Positions 27,857 to 39,018 of a stretch of DNA of 64,000 nucleotides are shown in pieces (the first letter of the stretch is position 1; each line of letters begins with the position of its first letter). The DNA is from Candidatus Moraniibacteriota bacterium (GTDB lineage: Bacteria > Patescibacteriota > Minisyncoccia > Moranbacterales > UBA1568), in NCBI GenBank assembly GCA_013334575.1, contig JAAXXG010000001.1, positions 208,315-272,314 on the forward strand. The letters are read 5' to 3'. Under the pieces are notes generated by a model. It was not told where the DNA came from, did no database searches, and saw only the letters and a program-made list of their open reading frames with translations. The position numbers and the translations under genes were made by a program.

Positions 27857-27988
27857 ATGGTTCCGTTACGGATGAACACTCCGATATGCGTCCAAGATAG
27901 ACCCAATTCCGCACATGGGAGCCGGAATAGGCCTTCAAACCGATTCCGGTCGGTCATTATACGTACAAAACGGGAAAAAAGGAAAGGG

Positions 27989-29848
27989 CTACTTCCGCAG
28001 GATGGATAGGAAGGCTTCGGACGGAATGGACACCTTCCCGATCGCCTCCATCTTCTTCTTCCCCTTCTTCTGCTTCTCAAGCAGCTTCCGTTTCCGCGAG
28101 AAATCGCCGCCGTAGAGCTTGGCAGTCACATCCTTGCGGAAGGCGGATATCGTCTCGCGAGCGATCACCTTGCCACCGATCGCCGCCTGGATGGCGACCG
28201 CGAAGTTCTGACGCGGGATCGATTCCTTAAGCTTCTCGACGGTCCGCTTCCCTTCGTCGTACGAGCGGGATTTCGGGACCATGCGGGAAAACGCATCAAC
28301 CTTGTCGCCCGCGACCAGGATATCGAGCTTCACCACGTCGCTCTCCCGATACCCGATCGGTTCGTAGTTCATGGAGGCGTATCCGGAGGTCACGCTCTTG
28401 AGATCGTCGTGGAAGTTCACGATCACCTCCATGAGCGGTGCCTCGAAGGAAAGCAGCACACGTTCCGCATCGATGTATTCGGTATTCCGGTAGACCGCAC
28501 GCACCCCCTGCGCGAGCGTCATGACGCTTCCGAGGTATTCGCTCGGAACGACGATCGAAAGCTCGACGTACGGCTCGAAGATCCTCTCGATGCCGGCCGG
28601 ATCCGGCATGTCCGCCGGGGAATACATCGGCACCCGCCCTTCGCCGCGCATCTCGAGCTCATACACGACCGACGGCGTCGTGATGGTCGGCTCCATGCCG
28701 AACTCGCGCCGCAGGCGCTCCTGGATGATTTCCATGTGCAGGAGCCCGAGGAAACCGCACCGGAAACCGCGGCCGAGCGCCTGGTTCGATTCGGGTTCGA
28801 ACACGAACGCCGCGTCGTTGAGACGGAGCTTGTCGAGCGCGTCGCGCATGAGCGCGTATTCGTCACCCTCGACCGGATAGAAGCTCGCATAGACGACCGG
28901 TTTCATCTCGCGATATCCGGGAAGCGCCTCGACCGTGACACCGTCCCGCTCGCGGGGACGGAGCGTGATCGTGTCGCCCACCCGGCAGTGCGCCACGTCC
29001 TTGAGTCCCGTCGCGATATAGCCGATGTCCCCTGCCGAGATCGCCTTCTCCGGAACGAACTGCGGATGGAAAGTACCCACCTCGATCGCGAGACTCTCCT
29101 GTCCGGTCCCGATCATCCGGAGCGCCGTGTCGCGGGAAACCTCGCCGTCGACAAGCCGGACATAGGCGACGACCCCCTTGTACGTGTCGTATACCGAGTC
29201 GAAGATGAGCGCACGGAGCGGTTTCCCGGAATCGCCCGAAGGGGCGGGCACCCGCTCGACGATCCGGTCCAGGATCTCCCGGATACCGATACCGGTCTTT
29301 CCCGATGCGAGCAGGATATCTTCTTCCGAACAGCCGAGAATGTGCACGATCTCCTTCTTCGTCTTGTCGACCTGCGCGTTCGGCAGGTCGATCTTGTTCA
29401 CGACCGGAACGATCTCGAGTCCCTGTTCGATAGCGAGATACAGGTTCGCCAGGGTCTGCGCCTGCACGCCCTTCGTCGCGTCGACAAGGAGCACCGCCCC
29501 CTCGACCGCGGCAAGCGAACGTGACACCTCGTAGTGGAAGTCCACGTGCCCGGGAGTGTCGATCAGGTTCAGGACATATTCCTCTTCGTCCCCGCCGCTG
29601 ACGACTCCTCCCGGATGATCCCCGTTGTCATTTTCAGTCGTAGGTCGCTTCCGGTATCGCATCGTGACCGGCTGCAGCTTGATCGTGATGCCGCGCTCCC
29701 GCTCCAGATCCATCTGGTCGAGGAGCTGCTCCTTCATCTTGCGGTCCTCGACGGTATGCGTGAACTCGATAAGCCGATCGGCCAGGGTAGATTTCCCGTG
29801 GTCGATATGGGCGATGATGCAGAAGTTCCGGATAAGCCGCTGGTCCAT
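27989..29848 (-). CDS. lepA: Elongation factor 4 (LepA) with about 16-aa insertion in the G domain
   Basis: G1 AHIDHGKST, DTPGHVDF, NKID. LepA-specific C-terminal domain. Confidence 0.95.
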   Translation of the reverse strand: MDQRLIRNFCIIAHIDHGKSTLADRLIEFTHTVEDRKMKEQLLDQMDLERERGITIKLQPVTMRYRKRPTTENDNGDHPGGVVSGGDEEEYVLNLIDTPGHVDFHYEVSRSLAAVEGAVLLVDATKGVQAQTLANLYLAIEQGLEIVPVVNKIDLPNAQVDKTKKEIVHILGCSEEDILLASGKTGIGIREILDRIVERVPAPSGDSGKPLRALIFDSVYDTYKGVVAYVRLVDGEVSRDTALRMIGTGQESLAIEVGTFHPQFVPEKAISAGDIGYIATGLKDVAHCRVGDTITLRPRERDGVTVEALPGYREMKPVVYASFYPVEGDEYALMRDALDKLRLNDAAFVFEPESNQALGRGFRCGFLGLLHMEIIQERLRREFGMEPTITTPSVVYELEMRGEGRVPMYSPADMPDPAGIERIFEPYVELSIVVPSEYLGSVMTLAQGVRAVYRNTEYIDAERVLLSFEAPLMEVIVNFHDDLKSVTSGYASMNYEPIGYRESDVVKLDILVAGDKVDAFSRMVPKSRSYDEGKRTVEKLKESIPRQNFAVAIQAAIGGKVIARETISAFRKDVTAKLYGGDFSRKRKLLEKQKKGKKKMEAIGKVSIPSEAFLSILRK

Positions 29849-29940
29849 GACGGGAAAGATGAATCAGGAATCAAGGATACTGAATAACGCCAAAACTGGC
29901 AAGACGCTGTTCCTCGTCATTCTACAGTATGATCGGTCCG

Positions 29941-29978
29941 GGAAAAAATCAAAGGACCGGATGACACTTCCGGTCCTT
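29941..29978 (-). terminator. Rho-independent terminator for hypothetical gene 29989-30798
   Basis: aaggaccgg...ccggtcctt stem followed on the minus strand by tgattttttcc. Confidence 0.6.
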
Positions 29979-29988
29979 ATATCATGAT

Positions 29989-30798
29989 TCATCTCCTTTT
30001 GCCCGACAGTATCCATTCCCTCGCCAGATTGGCGATCTTGATGACGCCGGTCATGAGCGAGATCTGCTGATAGTACGTATCGATATTATGCGGTGAGAAC
30101 GAATGCCCGTATCCCGGATACGGCTCACGGTCCGTTCCGATGCACGCGCAGTCTCCCGGCACCCTCAATCGGACAAGTTTCTCGCTTCCATAACACTGAC
30201 CAAGAAAGAATTGATCCCAAAACAGGCTCCTGTCTCTCTTGCCAAAGGCGAGTACTCTAAAATACGATTCCCGCATGGCATCGATCACGGCATTCCTATT
30301 CGCATCTTCCCAAAGTTCCGCCCCGATGTACGAGAGTACTTCCACGTCATAGGAGAACGAGAAACCGGCATATCCAAGCCCACCTTTTCCATCGGGCTGA
30401 CCGATGAAATCGAAAGTCAGGAGTTGCCGCGGTCCCTCGATATCCGCATCGCCCGCCCTCTCGAAATCGGCCGAGAGTCCAAGAAACCGTGACATCGAAC
30501 GGGAAAACTGGTCGAGTTGTTCGAGCGTCTTCTTTCCTTTCGGGATCCGGAAGGAATAGGTCAGAAAATCCGGCAGTGCCGGATGCGGCTCGCAGGCTTT
30601 CATGACGCCGCCATACCCGAAGCGGGTCTTCGAGGCTACAAACGGATCCGGTTCACTTCCAACAATCTTGGAATCGGCGATGCGGTCCGCGATGCGATCA
30701 ATCACCGATGGCGCGATGGAGAGGCAGATGGCAAGCGGATCCGTAGAGACCCGGAACTCGTATTCGAGGGGGAACGACTCTATGGTAAGGAATCCCAT
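29989..30798 (-). CDS. Hypothetical protein (269 aa), no recognisable domain
   Basis: Long ORF with downstream terminator. No motif recognised. Confidence 0.5.
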   Translation of the reverse strand: MGFLTIESFPLEYEFRVSTDPLAICLSIAPSVIDRIADRIADSKIVGSEPDPFVASKTRFGYGGVMKACEPHPALPDFLTYSFRIPKGKKTLEQLDQFSRSMSRFLGLSADFERAGDADIEGPRQLLTFDFIGQPDGKGGLGYAGFSFSYDVEVLSYIGAELWEDANRNAVIDAMRESYFRVLAFGKRDRSLFWDQFFLGQCYGSEKLVRLRVPGDCACIGTDREPYPGYGHSFSPHNIDTYYQQISLMTGVIKIANLAREWILSGKRR

Positions 30799-30943
30799 GA
30801 TATCCTCCGCATTCTAGATTGTTAACGACTCCTGACCGCAATAAAGCACAAGCCTACCATGCTGTCAAAACACAGATCCGAGAAGATTCTTTCCACATCA
30901 CTCCGACCTTATGGTTTTTCTGTCATCGCATAACAGACTCGAT

Positions 30944-30983
30944 AAAATACAAAAAGTCGGCATGCCTTACGCACACGCCGACT
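30944..30983 (-). terminator. Rho-independent terminator for XRE regulator gene
   Basis: agtcggc...gccgact stem followed on the minus strand by ttttgtatttt. Confidence 0.55.
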
Positions 30984-31014
30984 ACTCAGTTATCCGATCC
31001 GATCACAGGCCATT

Positions 31015-31326
31015 CTACGCTCTTGAGCAACTTTCTACGAACTGCTTGAGTTTGTCATCAATATCGGGATCTTCACGAATAAGCTCCCGAAGCGCCACCA
31101 GAATACCGTCACCCTCGAGAATGCGCACCATATCGGTACCGAGAGCCGTCGCCACCTTATCGATCTCCGCCATACGATAACGCTCAGAGGATTCGATCGC
31201 TTCGATCGCCTCAATCGGGAGTCCCGATAACTCGGCAAGTTCTCCGGTTGAAAGTTGCAGCTCGTTCCGGTAACGCTGGACATTCTTTCCGAGCGTCTTT
31301 TCCAACTTCTTTTTTTCAGGTACCAT
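31015..31326 (-). CDS. XRE-family (Cro/C1-type) HTH transcriptional regulator
   Basis: HTH LGKNVQRYRNELQLSTGELAELSGL. Divergent from the nitroreductase gene. Confidence 0.65.
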   Translation of the reverse strand: MVPEKKKLEKTLGKNVQRYRNELQLSTGELAELSGLPIEAIEAIESSERYRMAEIDKVATALGTDMVRILEGDGILVALRELIREDPDIDDKLKQFVESCSRA

Positions 31327-31536
31327 CGTAGCTCCATTTTTTCCGCACAGCGGCGTTGACGAAATTTTCTCTGCTTCAGACGAAGCCATTTTGTTATAGA
31401 ATAAATCCAGTAAAATGTCAGCAGCCTCGACTGAAACTGACGCGGTCGCAGGGCGTGTTCGGGTGACACCAGAGCATATCCACTGAGCCTACGTACATGA
31501 ATGAGGTATACTGAATGCGAACGGTAACGCAATCTT

Positions 31537-32067
31537 ATGGAATTCGAGGACGTGATCCGAAAAAGGCGGTCGATCAGACAATTCGAACCCGAACCGATAC
31601 CGGACGAAACGATCCGCAAGATCCTCGCCCTCTCGCAGCATGCTCCGTCGGCGGGAAACCTGCAGGCATATCGGATACTGGTCGTTACCGACTCGAACGG
31701 CAAGGGAACGCTTAAGAACGCCACCTATTCGAAACTGAATAACGCCAAACAGGACTGGGCATTCGGCGCCCCGGTCATCATTGTCATCTGCGCGGATACC
31801 GAAGCATCGGCGGAAAGATTCGGGGAGCGCGGGCGGGATACCTACTCCATTCAGGATGCGACACTCTTCGCCGCGTATGCCCAGCTTGTCATTACCTCGT
31901 TTGGACTCGCCTCAGGCTGGATCGGCAACGTCGAAGAGCAAGCGCTAAAAGATGCGTTCCATCTTCCGGAATATCTGCGGATCGTCGCACTTATCCCCTT
32001 CGGTCACCCTGCCGGTGAACCGAAACCATTCGAACGGAAGTCTCTCAACGACATTCTTCTCGGATAA
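31537..32067 (+). CDS. Nitroreductase-family flavoprotein
   Basis: RRSIRQF ... PSAGNLQ ... canonical nitroreductase N-terminal and dimer-interface motifs. Confidence 0.85.
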   Translation: MEFEDVIRKRRSIRQFEPEPIPDETIRKILALSQHAPSAGNLQAYRILVVTDSNGKGTLKNATYSKLNNAKQDWAFGAPVIIVICADTEASAERFGERGRDTYSIQDATLFAAYAQLVITSFGLASGWIGNVEEQALKDAFHLPEYLRIVALIPFGHPAGEPKPFERKSLNDILLG

Positions 32068-32444
32068 GACACCGGCCCTCCACCCTCGAGCGGGAAAAAA
32101 CCGCGCCACGGAAGGCGATCGTGGAAATCGATACAACCAAATTTCGTAATATGGTAGTCAGTCGATGCAAAAATACGTCGAAATCCCCCCACCTATACGA
32201 CCCGGAACGCGGCCCCGTGACCGGGTACTATATAGTCAGCCTCCGCAAGCACTCTTTTCCTACTCTCCAGAAGCGCCTCCGGATCCTTCACATACGGATC
32301 CTCGAGCGCGAGCAGACTCTCCCGATCGGTCTTCTGCTCCACTCCGTCTGACCCTCAAAAGATGCCTTGACAAATATTCAGAATAATATATAATAACGCT
32401 ATCGTTTTTTTTCCAACTTGCCCAATAAATCAGGAGTTACGATC

Positions 32445-32927
32445 ATGAATACCTTTTCCAAGGCAGACAGTTACTCGCTCGCTATTACCGGAATATCCGC
32501 AGATTTCAGCATGATTACACATCTCCTCTTTCCGTTAATCGTGCCGTTCCTCCTCCAGGCATGGCATCCCGTATTATGGATTCATGTTTTCGTCTCATTC
32601 GCAAGCATGCTATTCATAAGAACCACATTACAGAATATACAGCACCAAGTTCCTGTTTTCAATGAACGAATATTGGCTCTCGGGAGAAAGTTCCTGACTA
32701 TTTCAAGCCTCGCCGCACCATCCGTATGGATTCTCGGAACGCTTGTCGCGCTTCCGTTCTACCAGTCCGCAAAAGGAACACCGAGCGAGGCGACCTTTAT
32801 CCAGGCCTTCCCTACGGCGATTCTCTGGCTCTATTTTCTGACACTCACCGCTTCCATATCAAGCATCGGACTCATAACATCCGGTCTCTATGACGTGCAG
32901 GGAGCAAAGACGCCCGGTAACAGATGA
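32445..32927 (+). CDS. Hypothetical polytopic membrane protein in low-GC island, with sigma70-like promoter and AGGAG RBS
   Basis: Start MNTFSK 7 nt after AGGAG. TTGACA-like -35 and AT-rich -10 at about 32385-32415. 4-5 hydrophobic helices. Confidence 0.45.
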   Translation: MNTFSKADSYSLAITGISADFSMITHLLFPLIVPFLLQAWHPVLWIHVFVSFASMLFIRTTLQNIQHQVPVFNERILALGRKFLTISSLAAPSVWILGTLVALPFYQSAKGTPSEATFIQAFPTAILWLYFLTLTASISSIGLITSGLYDVQGAKTPGNR

Positions 32928-33042
32928 CTCTCAAAATCCGCGAACTATCGAAAAGAGACGAAAAGCGTCCACATAACAAGGTTGGACGCTTTTTTCTTTA
33001 TCGTTTCGTCCGACACACCGTCCCGTTTCCGGCCAGACATTC

Positions 33043-34701
33043 CTACCACTCCCCCTTCTCCGGATGGCCCTCGACGGAGGAGATGGCCTCCGGCGTCCGG
33101 AACACCTTCGCCAGGATGAACCGCCGTAGCGAACGGTATTCCTCGACCCCGAACCAATGACAGAGCAAGAGGAAGGTCCCGAGGCCGAGGACACTTCCGA
33201 ACGCGAGCTGCAAGAACACCTTGACGAACGTATCCAGTGGCGACATGGCGAAGAATGCGAAGAGCGACTTGGACAGCTGCGCGACGATGCCGGCGATGAC
33301 CGCCGCTCCGACGATCCTGGCGTTTTCCGCGAAGAATCGCCTGTCGTCCCACGAGGTCGCCCGCTTCCGGAGCGCGAAGAGCAGGAAGACGAAGTTCACG
33401 ATGCTCCCAAGGGAGAATGCGAACGCGAGCGCGTCCGTTCCGAACGAGGGAAGCAACAGCCAGACGCACGCGACATAGACCGCCTCTCCCAGTACCGCGA
33501 AGAGGAGCGGCGTCTTGGTATCCTGAATCGCGTAGAACGCGCGGGCAAACAGCGGGATGAGCGCCTGCGCGAACAGGCTCACGGACAGGAGCCCGAGCAC
33601 GCCGAAGGTGGCGATCGTATCCTGCCAGTCGAACCGTCCGCTTCCGAGGACGACCCGGACGACCTGCGCCCGGAACACGATGAAGAGCATGGAGACGGGC
33701 ACGACGAAGAACAGGATCCGCTTCGTCGTCGCAGAAAGCGTATCGAAGAATTCCCCGTCGCGCTTCCCGGACGCGCTCTCGGAGAGGTTCGGGAACGCGG
33801 CGAGCGAGAACGATACCGCGAAGAGCCCTATCGGGATCGCCGCGATATTGGATGCGAGCGTGAAGATCGCCAGGCTTCCGGAAGCGAGCCAGGACGCGAA
33901 AAAGGTGGTCAGGAAGAGACTCAGCTGGTTCGCGGCGATCCCGAGCGTCCGGGGAATCATAAGCGTCGCCACGCGCCGCACGTCACCGTCGAACCGAAGC
34001 CGTCGATGAAAAAGGGCCGGAAAGAATCCGCGCTTCCTGACGGACGGGATCTGGACCGACATATGCAACAGCGCCCCGAACGCGACCCCGAACGCGAGGC
34101 CCGCCATCCCGAAAACGGGCACGAGAACGGTTATGCCGACGATGATGCCAAGATTGTAGAGGATCGGCGCGAACGAATACGCGACGAAATCACGGAAGGA
34201 GAGCAGCATCCCCCCGAACACCGCGCTCGCGCCGAGAAAAAGCGGCGACAGCAGCATGATACGGGTAAGGGCGACGGTCATTTCCCTCTTTTCACCCGAG
34301 AAGCCGGGCGCGAGGACCGATACGATCGCCGGAGCCGCGAGTGCGGCCGCGAGTGAGAGGAGCCCTAGAAGCAGCAATATCCATTCGAGGACGCCCGCCG
34401 CAAGCGAGAGCGCCTCGGCACGTTTCCGTTTCGTGACGAGCTCGGTAAAGACCGGTACGAATGCGGCCGACAAAGCGCCCATGACGAGCAGGTTATAGAG
34501 CGTATCCGGAATCCGGAACGCGGCATAATACGCGTCGAGCGTATCCCCCGCACCGAAGTGCCCCGCTAACAGACGGTCTCGGAGAAACCCGAGCAGCCGA
34601 CTCGCGACCCCCGCGGCCGCGATGACGAACGCCGCCCCGGAAACGGTACCGGAGGACGTCTCGGAAAGCCGACGCATGAAGGATATTCCCTTTCCTGCCA
34701 T
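33043..34701 (-). CDS. murJ: Lipid II flippase MurJ (MviN)
   Basis: MurJ N-terminal pattern (FLRDRLLAGHFGAGDTLDAYYAAFRIPDTLYNLL). 14-TM topology. Start at internal Met MAGKGISF. Confidence 0.85.
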   Translation of the reverse strand: MAGKGISFMRRLSETSSGTVSGAAFVIAAAGVASRLLGFLRDRLLAGHFGAGDTLDAYYAAFRIPDTLYNLLVMGALSAAFVPVFTELVTKRKRAEALSLAAGVLEWILLLLGLLSLAAALAAPAIVSVLAPGFSGEKREMTVALTRIMLLSPLFLGASAVFGGMLLSFRDFVAYSFAPILYNLGIIVGITVLVPVFGMAGLAFGVAFGALLHMSVQIPSVRKRGFFPALFHRRLRFDGDVRRVATLMIPRTLGIAANQLSLFLTTFFASWLASGSLAIFTLASNIAAIPIGLFAVSFSLAAFPNLSESASGKRDGEFFDTLSATTKRILFFVVPVSMLFIVFRAQVVRVVLGSGRFDWQDTIATFGVLGLLSVSLFAQALIPLFARAFYAIQDTKTPLLFAVLGEAVYVACVWLLLPSFGTDALAFAFSLGSIVNFVFLLFALRKRATSWDDRRFFAENARIVGAAVIAGIVAQLSKSLFAFFAMSPLDTFVKVFLQLAFGSVLGLGTFLLLCHWFGVEEYRSLRRFILAKVFRTPEAISSVEGHPEKGEW

Positions 34702-34724
34702 ATTCCTTTCGTATATCCCCGTGT

Positions 34725-37247
34725 TTATTCGCTGCCCCGACTCGAGAAGACCGCTCCATAGTACGCGTCCGTCGAGAGCGTTGCGGAGAACCCGTATCCG
34801 TCGCGATCCATCGAAAGTCCGTCGCTCTTCCAATCCGCGACGTATCCACCCGGAACCGAAAGCCTCGAACGGAGCGAGACGCCGTCGGTGCCGGACTGTT
34901 TCTGAAACAAGACGGAATACGAAGCGGGTTCGTCGGTGTCCGGACGTACCGAAAACGGAAGCCGGTACGTGTATTCCACCGTCACGCTCTCTCCGGGACT
35001 CACGTAGACCCAGTTCCCGAAGACGGTCTTTCCGGACTCCTCCGAAATCCTCGTCCCCCCCTTGTCCGTGACCGTCCCCGACTCTTCCCGGACGACGTCC
35101 TCGTCCCTCCGGAATCCGAGCGCATCGTAATCGAGCGGAGGTTTCGTGACTTCGAACGTCTGCCCGGACGCGGAAACGAGTTCGGATCCCTTCGGAACGT
35201 AGACGCGAAGATAATCGGAGTTCACCCGATTGAACCAGTCGTACGGGGTATTTCCCCCGGTATGTTTCCTCGTGATCCTGACCGTGTCAAGTACCGAGCC
35301 GTCGGCCTGGACCGCGGCCATATGCTCGACGGACTCCCGGATGACCGCGTCGGTCTTGTACCCATTGAGGTTGGTATGTACCACGCTCAGATAATCGCGA
35401 GGCGTCTCGAGCAATCGTCCGGACCAGCCGGCACCGTCGATAAGCGCCTCCACGTCCGGATTCGCCGAATAGAGGAGTACCTGTTTCCCGTTCAGCGACG
35501 ACGAAAGCGTTTCCGCGAGCGCGGCGAACCCGGAAGCGCTCCGAACCGAGAATATGCGGTCGAGCAGGATGGGAGCGAGGTCGGCAAGGATCTTCTTCGG
35601 CTGATTGAGTTCACGATCATATTTCTCCTCCACCTGCTCCTGGACGATCTCGAGGAAATTGTCCGCATCGACCGTCACGCCGTATTCCGGCATGTCGACC
35701 GGTCCGGTCAGACGAAGCAGCTCGCGGATGACGTCCGGCGTAAGCGTGACGACCCCGTCGACGGTCGGCCCGCCGGTCTTCTCGTAGAAAAACATCGCCT
35801 TCCGCGCCGACGTCGGGAAATCCGGCCACCAGTTGCTGTCGTGTAGGCTCCATGCGGCGCTCACCTTCTGGATCGGCGCCGGCGGCACGAAATTCTCACT
35901 CAGCTGTCCGTCGGGATTGAAGATGCCGTCCACGAAGAACTTCCGGATATGACCGCCATCAACCTTGAGGAGTCCGTACGTCCCGATAAAACCGCCCGTC
36001 GGACGAAGTTCGGCATTGTTCTGAAACAGGAACAGATAGAGCCGGGGACCGTTCGCACCAAGCAACTCACGGACAAGATATGAATTCCGGTTGAACCCCT
36101 GAAGCGCCGCCAGAACCGCCGGCAACCGCTCCCGGACGGAAAGGAACTGCTCCCGCTGCGCTTCTGGAACATCTTCCGGCCGCACGCGGTCGAATGCTTC
36201 CCGGGCTGCGGCGATATCGTCCGCCGCCGAAACGGACTCCTTCTCGGCCTCGTCGACGATATCGAGGAACGAGGTCTCCGTTCCTGCCCCGGAAGACGCC
36301 GACGGAACGAGCGCAAGCATCCTGCTCAGGGAAGCTCCGGCAGCGGAAAGATGCCTCGCCCCCTCGAGCATTGCTTGTCCGGAAGCGGCCTTTGAGAATC
36401 CCGGAACGGCACCTATCGTCCTCAGGAATACGTTCCCGGCGGTTCCAATCGTCGAAGAGGTCTCGGTAAACATCCTGCTCGCCTCCTCGAACTTCGCCGC
36501 GGAAGACTCGAAATCCGCATGGGAGAGATTATCGACAGCGTCGGTCGCCAGCGAGACGCCCGCGACGCTTCCCTTGATAACCGAATCCTTGAGCGAGAAC
36601 AACCGATCGACGGACCAGATGCCGCCAACCAGAACGGTCACGAAGACGAGGGCCAGCGACAATACCCCGGAGAACCGTATCGCAGGAACGGCCTGCAACC
36701 GGAACCCGGAAATTATATGGAACGCACCCCGAAAGCGATCGACCATTGGACCGATCAAATCGGAAAGAGTCGCCTTGCCGGATAATACTCCGCGCGACTC
36801 GTCATGATATGCCTCACTTCCCAACTCCGTATCGTTCCGATCGGAAACGGGGCCGTCCGTATCCGTATCGAACGACCCGTCCGCGGATTCGCGAAAACCG
36901 TCCGCCGGGCCGTCGGAGACGGTGTCCCATTCCGATCCGTCCGCCACCTCGTATCCGGGTACGTACCATTCATCCGATTCCACCGCCGCAAACGGACGAT
37001 ACGGGGCGTCGCAATCGGCACCAGCCGTTTCGAGCGGCCGGTTTTCCGGACCATGATCCGTTCGCGACGTCCCGACCGATCCGATCCGATTCCAATCAAG
37101 ATCGCCCGACCGGTCGACCGGACGGACATCGAACATCTGCGGTATGATATTGTTCTTCGGATCCCGTCGTTCCATATCCCTCCGCTCCCTTATCTGTCCA
37201 AGGCTTCCGCGTAAGTCCGCAACGTCTCCTCGGCCATCCGATTCCAA
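34725..37247 (-). CDS. DUF4012-domain cell-envelope protein (N-terminal TM, large extracytoplasmic domain)
   Basis: Hallmark DUF4012 motif [16 protein letters not shown]. Acidic N-terminal region then TM ([16 protein letters not shown]). Confidence 0.75.
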   Translation of the reverse strand: MESDGRGDVADLRGSLGQIRERRDMERRDPKNNIIPQMFDVRPVDRSGDLDWNRIGSVGTSRTDHGPENRPLETAGADCDAPYRPFAAVESDEWYVPGYEVADGSEWDTVSDGPADGFRESADGSFDTDTDGPVSDRNDTELGSEAYHDESRGVLSGKATLSDLIGPMVDRFRGAFHIISGFRLQAVPAIRFSGVLSLALVFVTVLVGGIWSVDRLFSLKDSVIKGSVAGVSLATDAVDNLSHADFESSAAKFEEASRMFTETSSTIGTAGNVFLRTIGAVPGFSKAASGQAMLEGARHLSAAGASLSRMLALVPSASSGAGTETSFLDIVDEAEKESVSAADDIAAAREAFDRVRPEDVPEAQREQFLSVRERLPAVLAALQGFNRNSYLVRELLGANGPRLYLFLFQNNAELRPTGGFIGTYGLLKVDGGHIRKFFVDGIFNPDGQLSENFVPPAPIQKVSAAWSLHDSNWWPDFPTSARKAMFFYEKTGGPTVDGVVTLTPDVIRELLRLTGPVDMPEYGVTVDADNFLEIVQEQVEEKYDRELNQPKKILADLAPILLDRIFSVRSASGFAALAETLSSSLNGKQVLLYSANPDVEALIDGAGWSGRLLETPRDYLSVVHTNLNGYKTDAVIRESVEHMAAVQADGSVLDTVRITRKHTGGNTPYDWFNRVNSDYLRVYVPKGSELVSASGQTFEVTKPPLDYDALGFRRDEDVVREESGTVTDKGGTRISEESGKTVFGNWVYVSPGESVTVEYTYRLPFSVRPDTDEPASYSVLFQKQSGTDGVSLRSRLSVPGGYVADWKSDGLSMDRDGYGFSATLSTDAYYGAVFSSRGSE

Positions 37248-38296
37248 TCGAACGACGCCGAGCGGGCCTTCCCCTTTTCGAAAAGCCGCGCAACCACGTC
37301 TTCGTCGGTCAGCACCGTCTCTACCGCGCGCACCAGCGAATCCGGATCGTCCGGATCGAAATACAGCGCCGCATCCCCGAGAATTTCCGGCAACGAGCCC
37401 CGCTTTGCCGCAATGACCGGCGTGCCGAACGACATCGCCTCAAGCGGCGGAAGTCCGAACCCCTCGTAGAGGGACGGGAACACGTATCCGGTCGCATCGC
37501 GATACAGCGAAACGAGCCGCTCGTCCGGAACGAATCCCGGAAAGAGCATATTCGTGACGCTCTCCCTTCCGACTTCCTCCCTCAGTCGCCGATAGAAATG
37601 ATCCTCCTTCCCCACAAGCACGAACGAGACCCGCGGGAACCGTTTCGCGAGCGGAATGAACGCCTCGAGATTCTTGTGCGGATAAGCGTTCCCCACGTAC
37701 AGGAAGAACGGCTTCATTATACCATGTTCGGAACCCGAAGGCGCCCCGTGACGTCCGGAAAATCCGCTCCCCTCGTAGGCCACGACCGTCTTCCCCGCCG
37801 CGGACGGAAAGACACCGAGAATATCCGACTCCGTGAATCGGGAAACCGTCAGGATCTTCCGAGCGCGACGGACCGCCGAACCAATCGTCAGCCGATAGGC
37901 GAGATATTTCGCCCAGTAAGTCGCCACGCTCCGCGTCGTATTCCTGACGGTCGGAAAATGAAGCAGGATGAGGTCGTGAATCGTCACGACGAACGGACGA
38001 ACGTACGAAATCGGGACATTGAAGTGGGGGAAATGAACGAGATCCAGGTCGTACCCGTAGAGGAGGACCGGAAACAGCGTCTGTTCCCGAAACGAATACC
38101 AGGGGAAATCGGCGAGTACCTTGATGAAATTCCGCTTCTTCGGAACGTACGCGTCGAAATTCTCCTTTCGAAGAAAAACGAAGAACCGATCCTTATCGGA
38201 GGCAACCGACTCGAGGTTCCGGATAAGCTCTTCCGTGTAGCGTCCCAGTCCTTTTCCAACAGGCCCATAAAATCGGGCGTCGATACCGATTCTCAT
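37190..38296 (-). CDS. GT4-family glycosyltransferase
   Basis: GT-B C-terminal motif ([27 protein letters not shown]) with EX7E. Confidence 0.85.
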   Translation of the reverse strand: MRIGIDARFYGPVGKGLGRYTEELIRNLESVASDKDRFFVFLRKENFDAYVPKKRNFIKVLADFPWYSFREQTLFPVLLYGYDLDLVHFPHFNVPISYVRPFVVTIHDLILLHFPTVRNTTRSVATYWAKYLAYRLTIGSAVRRARKILTVSRFTESDILGVFPSAAGKTVVAYEGSGFSGRHGAPSGSEHGIMKPFFLYVGNAYPHKNLEAFIPLAKRFPRVSFVLVGKEDHFYRRLREEVGRESVTNMLFPGFVPDERLVSLYRDATGYVFPSLYEGFGLPPLEAMSFGTPVIAAKRGSLPEILGDAALYFDPDDPDSLVRAVETVLTDEDVVARLFEKGKARSASFDWNRMAEETLRTYAEALDR

Positions 38297-39012
38297 AAGA
38301 CCTGAGTCTCACCCGTTGCCGCGTCATGACGGCTGAAGTCCATACCTCGTTCGAGCAGGTAGAGTATGAGTGCCTGTGTCGCAAGCGTCTCGAGAAGCCC
38401 CGGATCGTCGATGCGGTTCACGCGCTTCGGAAACGAGAGGAACGCCGTCCAATGCCCGACTATCTCGCGGGACCGCACCACTACGCACCCTCCCTCCTCA
38501 AACATCTTTTTTGAAGAGGCGAGCAGCGTTCCGATCGGAATCCTGATGCATGATTCACATTTCCCTACGCGGAGCTCCTTCTCGATCTCGCCCCGTTCGG
38601 AATCCACGATGCGCACCAAAAAAGATGGCGACTTGCACGCCGTAATCACCGACCGCTCGAACGCCCGGTATGCCCGCCTCGTTTCTCCCCGACGAAAACG
38701 GTCTGCCGTATCCGGAAGCGAGAGGATAAGACCCTTCAGAAGATCGATCTTCCGGTTCGCTTCCCCGATATACGAATACGAATCGGAAAGGTCCTTCGTA
38801 ATCTCGCTCTTTTCCCGCTGAAGATTGAGCTTTTCCCGAAGATGCCGAAGGAGCGATTTCTCCTTCACGAAGAACATGAAGAATCCGACCGAACCGAACA
38901 ACAGGACGAGAAGCGTCTCGGTCACCTCTTCCGAAACTCCGAAAAACGTCCCACGGACCGCCTCGGGCGTCAGAACGGCGAGCAGGAACAGAAAAAGATA
39001 CATCCAGTACAT
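38293..39012 (-). CDS. Hypothetical membrane protein (N-terminal 2 TM), overlaps GT4 start by 4 nt
   Basis: 239 aa. MYWMYLFLFLLAVL... hydrophobic N-terminus. Translationally coupled to the glycosyltransferase. Confidence 0.5.
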   Translation of the reverse strand: MYWMYLFLFLLAVLTPEAVRGTFFGVSEEVTETLLVLLFGSVGFFMFFVKEKSLLRHLREKLNLQREKSEITKDLSDSYSYIGEANRKIDLLKGLILSLPDTADRFRRGETRRAYRAFERSVITACKSPSFLVRIVDSERGEIEKELRVGKCESCIRIPIGTLLASSKKMFEEGGCVVVRSREIVGHWTAFLSFPKRVNRIDDPGLLETLATQALILYLLERGMDFSRHDAATGETQVL

Positions 39013-39018
39013 CCCCGT

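Noticed and set aside
27989-29848. Possible frameshift or intein in lepA because of the extra RKRPTTENDNGDHPGGVVSGGDEEEY segment
   Set aside because: The reading frame is continuous and the flanking GTPase motifs are intact and correctly spaced apart from about 16 extra residues. It is most simply a lineage-specific loop insertion, not an intein (no splicing motifs) or a sequencing error.
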